Below, one piece after another: positions 50,702 through 61,586 of a DNA stretch of 64,000 bases. Origin of the DNA: Zancudomyces culisetae HAW-14-8 (Eukaryota; Fungi; Kickxellomycota); assembly GCA_052426225.1 (NCBI GenBank), contig JBNJNM010000010.1, positions 248,001 through 312,000 of the forward strand, written 5' to 3'. Within the stretch, counting starts at the first letter, position 1. Each line of letters begins with the position of its first letter. A program made the translations under genes and the position numbers. The notes beneath the pieces were generated by a model. The model did not search any database and had not been told where the DNA came from. It worked only from the letters and a program-made list of their open reading frames with translations.

Positions 50702-52049
50702 ATGATATTCAAAGGATTACCAGGGAGAATTTTTGGGATAAAAAGGGCGAATCTCGGTGCACAATTCTGCAGATATACAAGCCAAGGCGGTGGAAAGGTC
50801 AAAATAAGTGGGAATTCAGGCGAAGAATGTGTTGGTGAAATTGAAAATGAAAAACTGAAGAATATTGACAAAACCAAAGTGGGATTCTACTTGTATGATA
50901 AATTAAACAGCAATGAACGAGCTAAAGCGGGAAATAATGACTCTGTAGTAAATGCGAATTCTGTAAAGGATGGAGAGAAACAAGGAAAAGAGATAAAAAT
51001 AAAGTGTTCGAAGGAATGGTACGAATATTATGGAAGCGAGGCGGACAATATCAAAAAGAGGCTGGTACTGATTCCCAACTTTGTCACGCCAGAAGAACAC
51101 GATCTGTTAGTAAAGGGTTGCGAAAAGAAGTTGAAGAGGTATAACAGTGGAAGCACAACGCAGTACGGTCAGGAGCATTTTGACAAGCGAATAAGTTTGT
51201 ACCGTGAGTGTACAGTTTCGGATTGGCTGTGGGGAACACGGAGCCATTATTATAATAGAGTGGTGAGAACGATGGAATCTGAACAACAGGAGAAATATTT
51301 ATTGCTGCGACGTAAAAGCATCCGTGAAGCGGACGAGAAGATAGAAGGGATACTTAAACGGGTATATGATCTGTTTCCAGAAACCTGGTCATTTTTACCA
51401 CCGCACATACTAGGTAAAGTATATATGTATTCTGATGTACTAATGAAGAAGTAGATAAAACGTTCAGAGTTAATTAGAGTTTGATGATGATTTTTCTATT
51501 GGGTATATAGATTTACATGCCGATGGGAATATATGGGCACACGTAGACAATTATAATGTAAGTATCATGTAGGCGATGAATAGCAATCTCACCTGACAGA
51601 GGGTTATTTCGCAGAAAGATAGTACCATAGAATTGTAAACGATAATAGAATATTAAAAAAAAACTGGGATAATGATAAATAAATAGTATTCAGGATTATA
51701 TGTTGGAGGTTTAAGTTTGCTTGGGAGGAGTATCAACACGTTTAGGAAGGTGGACAATCCTAAAGTCAGGGCGGATGTATATTTGGAGCCTGGCAGTTTG
51801 TACTTTTTCAGGTAAGTAGTAAAACTATTAGAGAATTACACGTCAAGAGTATAGATATTCGTTGCCTTGTTAATGGTAAAGATGAAAAAATCACAACTAC
51901 CACAATTTACGCATATTAGTCATGAATTGAGATACGATTTTACCCATGAAATAACCAAACTTGAGGATCAGAGAGTGTGGAATGGTGAATATGTCCCAAG
52001 AGAGCGCAGAATTTCGATAATGTTCAGGGTAACTCGAAAGAAAATATAG
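50702..52049 (+). CDS. ALKBH7: AlkB-family Fe(II)/2-oxoglutarate dioxygenase, ALKBH7-like; 4 exons (50702-51413, 51511-51557, 51687-51811, 51920-52049)
   Basis: HFDKRISLYRE, PHILDL...AHVDN (HxD), GLSLL, LEPGSLY, LRYDFTHEI and RRISIMFR. Presequence-like N-terminus. Confidence 0.88.
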
Positions 52050-52100
52050 TATAATATAGTATAATATAGTATAATATAGTATAATATAAATATAAATATA
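52046..52100. repeat. (ATAGTATAAT)n repeat followed by (ATAAAT)n between convergent 3' ends
   Basis: atagtataatatagtataatatagtataatatagtataatataaatataaatataa. Confidence 0.75.
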
Positions 52101-52260
52101 AACAAACTACTGATTCTAAATGATATTTTAGCAGGAATAATCATTTACAAACTGCCCTGCTTGAAATAATTTAAAAACACAACCAAAAAAAACAATAACG
52201 TATTTTCAACTAACAAAAAGAAACAAATATATAAACAAACAAATAGGATGTAAATGAAAA

Positions 52261-55200
52261 TCAGGTGAACTTGACTTCGTTTGGAGAGTATAAATGAGGA
52301 GCCAGCTCAGTCAGCCAGTTGGGATTGATTTCGATCAGTTGACGCATGTATTCCTTTGTGGTTAAAACCAGTTCGTAATAAACAACGAATTTGGGGAGTG
52401 AATGGGGATCTTCTTTTGCAGAGAATAAGCAGCTAGAGGGGTGGATATAGATGGTGTTGTTTTTTTTGACTGTGGAGTAGGAAGCGTTTGATTTGTTAAG
52501 CTTTGCAGCGTTGTAAAAGAATCCAGCAGTGAGAGCCTTTCTAAGGCTTTCATTTAGATCGGCAGTGAGAGATGAACTATTTTGGACGTTATTTGTATCA
52601 TTTTCGTCGTTTTGGTTTGTAGAAAGATTGATTTCAACACGTTCCATCAAAGAAACAATTTGATCGCGGGTGTCTCTAGCTCTGTTTAATGAGCGGTACT
52701 GCAAATAGTTTTCAAGGCAAAACTGAAGTGAGTATCCACTGTCCACAAACGCATTCCATATATTCAATAAAGTCAGATGGTCGCCTTTTGAATCATGGAA
52801 GGTTGCGTGTAGCTGGTCAACAACAAGTTTCTTCTCCTTTGGTCTGTAAAACACAGACCCAGAAACACTCAGCATTGCAATTACTGAAGCCATTTCGTTT
52901 GGACAGTTAAATTGCTCTGATGCAATGATGGCTCGCGCCATCATCGGATCCATCGGAAATTCAGCCATTCGACGGCCCAATTTAGTGAGCATACCCTTTT
53001 CATTGAGAGCACCAAGAGCATACAATTGTTCAAGTGATAGCTTCAACAGCTCAGGTGATGGTTTGTCCATAAAGTCAAATTGAATCAAGTTGTGTATGCC
53101 CAAACACTTCAAAAGCAAAACAACACTGCTAAGGTTAACTCGGAGAATCTCTGGAGATGTGCTGTCTTCTAACTCGTTTAGGTATGAGTGTTGGGTATAC
53201 AATCTGAAGCACTTGCCAGGCCCCACACGCCCAGCTCTGCCGGCTCGCTGATTTGCTGATGCTCGGGAAACCGGGACTACTTGTAGAGACTCGACACCAC
53301 TTCGGGGATTGTAAATGTTTTGTTTACAGAAACCAGGGTCGATTACATATACTACACCATCGATAGTTATGGAAGTCTCGGCTATGTTTGTAGCCAAAAT
53401 CACTTTTCGACTGTTCTCAGGCGTAGGTTCAAAAATTTTGGCTTGCAAGTCCGATGGCAGGTTGGCATATATGGGACAAATCAGCAGCTCTTTGATTTTG
53501 CCTCCAAGTGCCCGACATGCGGCTACCAGCCCTTCTTGAGCTGCTTCAATTTCTTCTTGGCCAGTCAAAAATACCAAAATATCACCTTTTGGTTGAGAAA
53601 CATGTATTTGAAGTACAGTGGTTACAGCCGCAGTCAGATAATTCGCTTCTGGAGCCTTTGTGTTGTATATATCTACAGGATACGGTCTGCCAGGAATCTT
53701 GAAAATGGGAGCATCGTCAAAGTACTTACTGAATTTCTGGGCATCCATGGTAGCACTAGAAATCAAAATCTTAAGGTCGTCACGGAACCGAGCAATGTCC
53801 TTAATTAGCGAAAAGAGAATGTCGGTATGTAGCGTCCGCTCGTGTGCCTCATCAATCATTATGCATGAGTATGTTGATAGATCTGGCTCCGTCATAAATT
53901 CGCGCAGTAGCATTCCGTCTGTCATGTACTTGATCTTGGTTCTGTCTGAGCTACAGTCTTCAAATCGAATCGAGTATCCGACTTCATGGCCCAGTTTGGT
54001 CCCGGTTTCCTCTGCTACACGTGCCGCTACGCTCATTGCCGCAACTCTTCTGGGCTGTGTACACCCAACTCGCTTGCCGTCCTTGGTATATCCAGCCTCA
54101 TGTAGATACTGCGGAAGCTGTGTTGTTTTGCCTGACCCTGTTTCTCCAACTATTATTAGTGTTTGGAACTTGTCTATAGCATCCAGTAGCTCGCTGCGGT
54201 ACTTGAAGACCGGCAATGACTCACGGACCTGCTTTATACTTTGTGCCTTTCGCTCTATTTCATCCAGCTGCTTGTTTCTTTCGGTTTTCTCCTCTTCGTT
54301 AAACAGCGTTTCCTCCATTACAAAATCTATGGCCTCCGTGTCCAGAATATACTCATACTCCTTCTCTTCCTCCTCGTCTTTTTCCTTCATCTTTTCCCGC
54401 CGCAATTCACTACCTTTATCTTTGGATTTGGCCTTGATCCCTGCACTCTTTTCTACCTGTTGTTTTTCCCAAATTTCCTGCTCAGTCATCCCAACAGCCC
54501 CTTCAGGTTCTATATATCTTTGATATAGTGCCTGCTCTTTTTTCTGCTTGTCTATCTTGCCTTTTTCGGTAATATAATCTTCTGGCATCTCATACCCCTC
54601 ATATTTGTTGCTAAGTTGCTTTCGTTCGGTTGCCAACCGCAACAGATTCTTTTTATATTCCAACTCCTTTATTTCCTTATCTTTTAGTCTTTCGTTACTA
54701 AACAAGTACTCCTCTTCTTGTATTTCTCTTCTTAGCAGCTCCAACTGCTGCTCTTCACGAACACCCAAATATCTTTGTCTAGCTTTAAGTCTTAGTTCTG
54801 GTACCATTTCTCTTCGTTTTTCTGTATCATTCAGCAGCCTTTTCCGCTCTTTCAACTCTTTTGTTGCCGTATCTTCCACTATTTTCTTTGTTCCCTTTTC
54901 GTCTCTTTCTTTTAATCTTTGTTCAAATTCCTCTCTTTCCTTTAAATCCCTTTTTTCTTTCTCCTCTTCTCCTTCCTCTCCCACATCTTCCTCGCCACTC
55001 TTTCCCTCTTTCCCTCGTCCTTTCATACCTTCTCTATGCCCTTTTCGCAATCGCTTAATTTCTTCTATCCTTTGCCTCTCATCTTCGGAATCATCTTCTA
55101 AATCCTCCAAAATATCCTTTTTCCTTTTTCCTTTTACTGCTATCTGTGTACTCTTGCCTACCGAATCTAGTTTGAGGGGCTTTTCTTGTGATTTTTGTTC

Positions 55201-55667
55201 TGTTTTATCCCCGTCGTAGCCCTCTAACTCCACCTTTCTTTCTTTAGCTTTATTTACACTTTCGCGTGGCTTTTCAACCTTGTCAGTTTTCTATAGTTTT
55301 TTTAAATCAAATTTTAAATATTTTTTAGGCATACTACCCAGTTAGTTAATATGGAAAGTTTCAAATATCACAGAAATGCACTTACTCTTTTGGGATTAGC
55401 CATAGAATAGAGCTGTTTTACAAAGCCATCCTCGTTTTTGAATACCTCTATATTCCCGAGCTTCTTGGCAAGAGCCTCCTCGCTTTCTGCCGATTTGGCT
55501 ATTTAATAAATCCAATATCATTATTCATTTATCCTCACTAAAAGATTCAAGCAATACATGGAATATATGTTAATTTTACCTAGTGACAAGACATATTCTA
55601 CTATTTCTTGTGAACTGACTCCCGTTATGTCAATTATCTTGTCTGATATCCATTGTTTCAAACTCAT
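52261..55667 (-). CDS. PRP2: Spliceosomal DEAH-box helicase Prp2/DHX16, 3 exons (55667-55580, 55498-55386, 55290-52261)
   Basis: GETGSGKTTQLPQYLHEAGY, TQPRRVAAMSVAARV, DEAH, SAT, QRAGRAGRVGPG, LFSLIKDIARFR and a charged N-terminus starting MSLKQWISDK. Confidence 0.95.
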
Positions 55668-55942
55668 TCTCGCTCCCCTTTGTTATATTCGCTCAGGCTT
55701 CTATCCTGCTTTTCGCGCTTTTTTTTCTCTTGGCTTGTACACTAATTTAAAAGTAACTAACCCAAAGAATAAAATAAACCAAAGAAAATAATTTACATAT
55801 TCGCGATATTTATATTTCTTCAAAAAAAAATATTGATTCTTGATTTAATTAACAAGATATAACCAAATGCATTGTTAAATCACAAAAATCCTCTCGGAAT
55901 ACAACAGTAAAAACCACCCATAAAAGCTACATTTACAACACA

Positions 55943-56239
55943 ATGGTAATGAAATTTGATAGAAAGTATCTATTCTTCGTATCAAGGTAATTTAACTTTT
56001 TGAATTTTTATTTTTATTTTCTACCAAAACTTTATTACTAGTATTCGTGTTTTGACAAATATTATACCCACTATAAATCAATCTGCTCATATTTTAGGAA
56101 ATGGGATATATTCATCGGAATCACTGGCGGTGCAATAGGGTATTTTGCTAGCGAAAAAAGTCAAATCGAAAAGAGTAAAATTGGCAGTGGCGAAAAACCA
56201 CAACCCACCTTGTTTGAATTGATCAAGGGAGAAATCTAA
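55943..56239 (+). CDS. NCE101: NCE101-like 61-aa membrane microprotein, 2 exons (55943-55986, 56098-56239); absent from the ORF track
   Basis: Spliced product MVMKFDRKYLFFVSRKWDIFIGITGGAIGYFASEKSQIEKSKIGSGEKPQPTLFELIKGEI. It follows the NCE101 pattern: YL..R..D, a hydrophobic helix, Y..E, then TL.EL. Confidence 0.72.
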
Positions 56240-56528
56240 CTTTTTGGCGCCTCACAAGCAAAAGATAAAAATAAATGGAAAAAAAAGGCTCATACTTTCA
56301 ATTCTCGTCTTTGCTCACGTACCCATCTGTACCAACGATTGACTTTATGCAAATAGACATATACATCTCACTTGTAGCTATAAACAACCTTTATTAATCG
56401 AAATAAATACAACTTTAAGAGTACATGAGCATTGAACTTTACAAGGTTTTGAATTCTATTTTCTTTATCTCGCTGAACAGAATATAAAAATGGACGGAGA
56501 ACAGGTACCACCATACCTTGGAGCAGTG

Positions 56529-58367
56529 TTAGCTGTTTTTCAGCAGTTCCTTTTTGTGGTTTAACTCTGCAAGTAGCTTTTGAACAGCCTCTTCAAATCT
56601 CTTTTTGATGATGGGGTTGGGTGCTGAGTTCAGCTCAACCTTCTTGCGCTTGATTGTGGTTTCAAGGTTATTTATTTCTTCAATCAAAAGCTCTTGTTGT
56701 ATTTTCTGCTCGCTCTTTCCTTCATCATCCTCATCCTCATCGTCCTCTTCCTCATCCTCATCCTCGTCTTCTTCTTCGTCTTCCTCTTCATCCTCCTCTC
56801 CCTCACCTTCACCACTACCTTCACCCTCCTCCTCCTCCTCCTCCTCTCCATCACCTTCTTCGGGCTCATTGCTTGAGTATTTTTGACTATTCTGCGGACT
56901 TGTACCCACATCTTCAAATTCTTCATTTTCGGCATCAGGCTCGATCTCCTCGGTTTTCGATTCCAAACCACCGTCTTCTTTTTCCTGATCATTAATGTCT
57001 TCTTCCAATTCCTCCAGTCCTCTTCTTAACTCTGCAGCCAAATCCTCATCATAGTCCTCCATAGAAACCATACTCTCCTGGTATTCACCAGCTTCGCTTA
57101 ATGGTTCCTTCGTGCTAGCACGTTGACGCTCCTTCATATTTTCCATCTGCATTATTCCATATTCATTTGTCTTGGTATCAATGTCTTGTAATTCTATTTA
57201 TACACAAACCCGTTTGTCATTATCCTTTTCGCTTTTTTTTCTCCCTCGGCCAACATTTTTGGTTTAATATTCACGTATTAATACATAAATATGTGCACAA
57301 ATAATTACCATAACTAACTGATACAGCCTTCAAATCTTCTTCCAATAATCGTAAAACTTCATTTTCAATATAATTCAGCTTTGCATGTGATAGCCGTGAC
57401 CTGAAGCGATACTTGGATACTCCTTTAAGCGGTGCTGCAATCCCATCCTCAATTACAATGTCTTTTTTTTGTATCTGCTCGTTATTTTTGAATGCTTCCG
57501 CTGTTGGATCTAAAATCAAGTCCTCGACTAATAGCATCTAGTATACATACATTTATTGATCTGTTAATGGCTGTGTTTTCTCTTTCATTTTCTACACACT
57601 CTTGCAAAATAAAAAGGGTAGTTTGTACCCAAACTATGTTTAGAAAACCGCCAAACTCTGGCGAGTTTGTGTTGCTTACCTGTGATATATCTGCCACCTT
57701 AAGAATCTGTCTTTTATCCACCGTTCTGTAAGACTCGGTTATAGTGGGCAGATCAACAAGCCTTGCCTTGTAGCGTTTGTCATCAAATCTGAATATCGCC
57801 CTTCTATTACCTACACATGTTAGCAAGTTTAGATTGTAGTATATATTTCAATTTACTGGAAAGTGCTAGAATATTCTTAAACGCAAAACCACAATACTTA
57901 CTTTTAAATGTAATATCTATTCTTTCATTAACCTCCCTAGCATCGACAATCTTTTTAACCTCTTCACTTATCTCCTCTGGGACTCTTACAATAAACTGAT
58001 CCTCAAAGTAATAATCGGGAGAATCTGAATCACTCAATTCATCATACCATCCACTTGTCTTAGTTCCGGTAAGATTGCCATTATCCCCAAGCTTTAGTTT
58101 TAAATTCCTAGGTTTAAAGCTGGTTATTGGCAAATTGTGTTTGTATCCTTTTCTTTTTCCTCTCTTTTTCCGAGTCTTTGGGGTTTCCGGTTGTGCTGTT
58201 GATAGAGCTGGTGGTTTGGGTCTTCTAAAAGTTTCCGATTTATTCCCAATAACTACGTGTACCTCGTTATAGTTTTTAGGTTCGGGAACCTTAAATTTTA
58301 GTTTTATTTTTGGTGCCTTTATGACTTTTGGCTCGGTGATGGATTCAATTTTGTTTTCGGGCTCCAT
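56529..58367 (-). CDS. TAF7: TFIID subunit TAF7, 4 exons (58367-57902, 57810-57680, 57537-57309, 57193-56529)
   Basis: EDQFIVRVP, ARLVDLPTITESYRTVD, KVADISQMLLV, GIAAPLKGV..RFR, IENEVLRLL, an acidic tract and NPIIKKRF. Confidence 0.93.
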
Positions 58368-59022
58368 CCTTTATTCGATTTGCGAATTAGGATTTTGAAT
58401 GCCTGTTTTCTTTTTCTATATGTATCTTTGTCTTGTCCTACAGTTCAATGTACATTTGAATAGTACAATTGCCGACTATCTCGAGACTAGCCGCGTTTAG
58501 AAACAGTTTATATATGTTTATTTATCTATGAATATTACTAGTCTATTCAGTTTGCTACAATATGCAAAAACAAAAAACAAAAGGCAAAAATATTTTTTTA
58601 GGCGAATGTACTGGTTCGTGTAAAAACGGATCAAAATTGCCATAAAATCACCAAGGCGCAGAATTGGCGTGTAATTTTCTTTGCACCATTCGCAAAAGAA
58701 CTTATGGATGACTAGCCGGTTCCAGGCCATCCAAGGTAGCTGAGATAGAAGAATCGATATACCTGTGAAAATAGAACGTGTTTGTTTATAGCTGTCGACA
58801 AGTGACAACTAACCCTAAAGCATTCGTTTGACCAGGCACACAGCCTCCTTTACCTATCCTCTCTCCATATTTAGCCGTGAGATAAAAAGTAACAAAATGA
58901 AATTGAAGTATTTTATTGCGAGAGCATTGAAAAATGATACAATAGCAACAACAACAAAAAAAAAAGACGAAGGCAGAGCAACGAGCTAAAGTCAAAATAT
59001 ATGTAGAAATGGGTGGACAGAT

Positions 59023-60255
59023 TTAGCTTGGTGGTAGGTGGGAAAGATCTGGAACCTCACCCACGGCCTCTTCAGGAAGTTCTTGCTCGGCTTCGGCAGA
59101 GGACCCTAATTCTCCAGGTGCACGTGCAAGACTAGATCTTGTCATGACCATGGTGCCACCACGTACAGCTTCCAAAATACCAAATGGTCTAATCAATTCC
59201 AGGAAGGCATCGAGTCGGGTAATTTTTGCAAACATTTCTATTACTATGCTATCAGCGCCTACATCTGCGACTCGTGCTTCAAATAGATCAGCCAGAATTT
59301 TTATTGCCTTTAGTCTTTCTTGTGCATTAACAAACTGTTCAGCCATGGCCTCAGCTCGTCTCGCTGGGTTCATATCTTTAGCATCTACATCCTCTGATCT
59401 CTGCTTTCTCAGTCCGTTGAGCGAAACTTTAACCAACAATGCCTCTCGTGCCACTAGACTGGTATGTGAGTAGTCCAATACTGCCCAGATTGGTACCTAT
59501 ATATTTATAAAAATCGTGTTTTAGTATTTTTGAAAAAAGTGACCATGATTTTCAGTTGACTGGCCAAAATTACAAAGTGCAAAAAAACAATAATTACGGC
59601 ATCTTACCAAGCTTTCAAGTTGTTTTTTGGCCTGTTCCATGGATCGTCTAGCACCCTTCAACCCAATTGTCATGCGTGACAATCCTTTGACCTCAGTCTT
59701 GCTCGCAACCAGAGTATCAATGCTGAATCCTCTAGCAGCCATAATTCCTGTGACACTACTCAATACACCTGGCTCATCCTGTGCCAAACAATCAATCACA
59801 TATGCATCCTCAGCCCTCTTAGGTGCGAGTGGGGTGTTTCTAATAAGATGTGTCACAGCCTGTTCGATTGTAGGTGCTTCTATAACTCCAGGAATTGGTC
59901 TCACTTGGCCCAAATTGCTTACGCTCTTGTATTCAATCGCTGTTGTGGAGCTATCGGTGACGTTGCTTACATTTTTCTGTTCGGCCTTGCCTTCGGATTT
60001 TCTCATTATTCTTGCTGTACTGAAATATGCACCTGGTGCTCTTTTGAGCATCACTGAGCCACGGACTCCCTTTCCACACACCTATTTTTTTCAGTGTATG
60101 CATCCTTGATGATTTATTCTTGACTCTTGTTGGTTTATTCTTGAATCACTGAAATTTTTATGTCAAAAAGCTGTTTGGTAAAATGTGTCTATTCGAAACA
60201 AGATGAGTCAAAAAAAATATAGTGCTGTACTTACCTCTACCACGCTTTTAATCAT
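59023..60255 (-). CDS. ILV6: AHAS regulatory (small) subunit, copy B; 3 exons (60255-60235, 60081-59608, 59496-59023)
   Basis: IDCLAQDEPGVLSSVTGIMAARGFSIDTLV...LSRMTI, KQLESL|VPIWAVLDY, REALLVKVSL, PFGILEAVRGG and SHLPPS. Splice phases are consistent. Confidence 0.93.
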
Positions 60256-61586
60256 TTTTATTGTATATAAGGAGACTTGAAAATATAATCCGTCTTCGAT
60301 TCAACGCTAAGGTATATTGCACCCAAGATATTCTACTTTAATTATATCCTGTATTTTACAGCTTGGAATGTTTGCAACAATAGATTTTTCCACTTTTTTG
60401 TTACAGATTGCTGTGGATTTTTTATTTTTATATGGTAATGATTTTTTTTTTTCATCTTCCCATTCCCACTCCCATTTCCGGAAAGCTAAAGACGAAACTT
60501 GATCACAAATCTCAAGCTAATCCAAGTTTTCAAGAAATGAAAATAAAAAATCATACAACGCAATTGGTAATATTACACTTCAAACAAATTTTGCAAACTG
60601 TGATGATTTGGGTTTTTTTTTTATTCACTCGAACCTTGCAGTACCACTTTGCTGATTTCTCCATTGTTTTTTTCAGTGATTTTTGTTCAATAATTTTTTA
60701 CTTGCTCTTTTTAGTTACTAATCTTGTTGCAATCAAACTAAAGCAAATGGCAAACAACAAATGTTAAATAATAACAATAAAATCGATTACAGCTAATAGT
60801 GACTCAGATTTTTGCACCAAATTAGTGATGAGCAAGAGTTGGTAATTTGTAATTTGGAGTTGAACAGTTTTGCGTCTATATCAAATTAGAAATAGAAGAA
60901 CCGCTTTCTTTTTTGGTTCAATAATGAGCTCAAGCCAGTGCTTGTTGAACTGATAAATTGAGCGATTAAAAATCAACTTGCAAGTAACAAAAGAGCGTAT
61001 CTCTTCGCTCAGTATGTATTGTCTTTTTTAATCTTGCGCTGAGGCTTAAAGATGCCCACCATTTCTCTCCTCCAACTCCTAAACACCAAAAGGCAGTGTA
61101 GTAAAAGTAGAAAGGGACAATCAATACTATAAGCACAACTGCCTCTGCATCTGAATAAAGCTTAGACCTTGATGAGGAGAAGAGCTCAGTGTTTTTTCTA
61201 TACTTTGCAACCAATTTATACGTTAAATAAACTTTCTGCAAGAAGTTTGGTGGTGGGATGGAAGGAGGGATATGTTTATTTATTCGCTTTGTTTTTTTTT
61301 TCTTCGTGAAATTGATTAAAATAAACACAAGCTCACCAAACAAAATATAAACCCCGCAACTGAACCAACCACCACTTGAAAAGCTCGGAAACTCAAAAGA
61401 AGGCGTTGGAGCATGCCGAAAATCAAGAAACCGTGTTTAGATTAATAGAGTAGTGAGCGTACAACCAACAACAGTATATATATCATTGTATTTAAACATT
61501 AAATTTATTTTCTACTCGCATCCTACCCTTAGTGCTGTGCATACCTGAACATATTGAGAGCAATAAATAACGGAAAAGTCACGAAA

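Noticed and set aside
53660-55219. Long antisense ORFs over PRP2, and similar ones over ILV2, the MADS gene, the RGG gene and TAF7
   Set aside because: These are shadow ORFs produced by codon bias and low complexity on the coding strand; no recognisable domains.
58700-58750. CCAGGCC...GGTAGC resembling SRP RNA helix 8 or a C/D snoRNA
   Set aside because: No GNRA tetraloop, an imperfect C box, and a C-to-D spacing that is too short.
58809-58818. Second telomere-template-like word CTAACCCTAA on the + strand
   Set aside because: No downstream U-rich pseudoknot, enclosing helix or Sm site was seen, and only about 200 nt remain before the ILV6-B stop codon. It is consistent with a chance match but is a useful control for the 4645 candidate.
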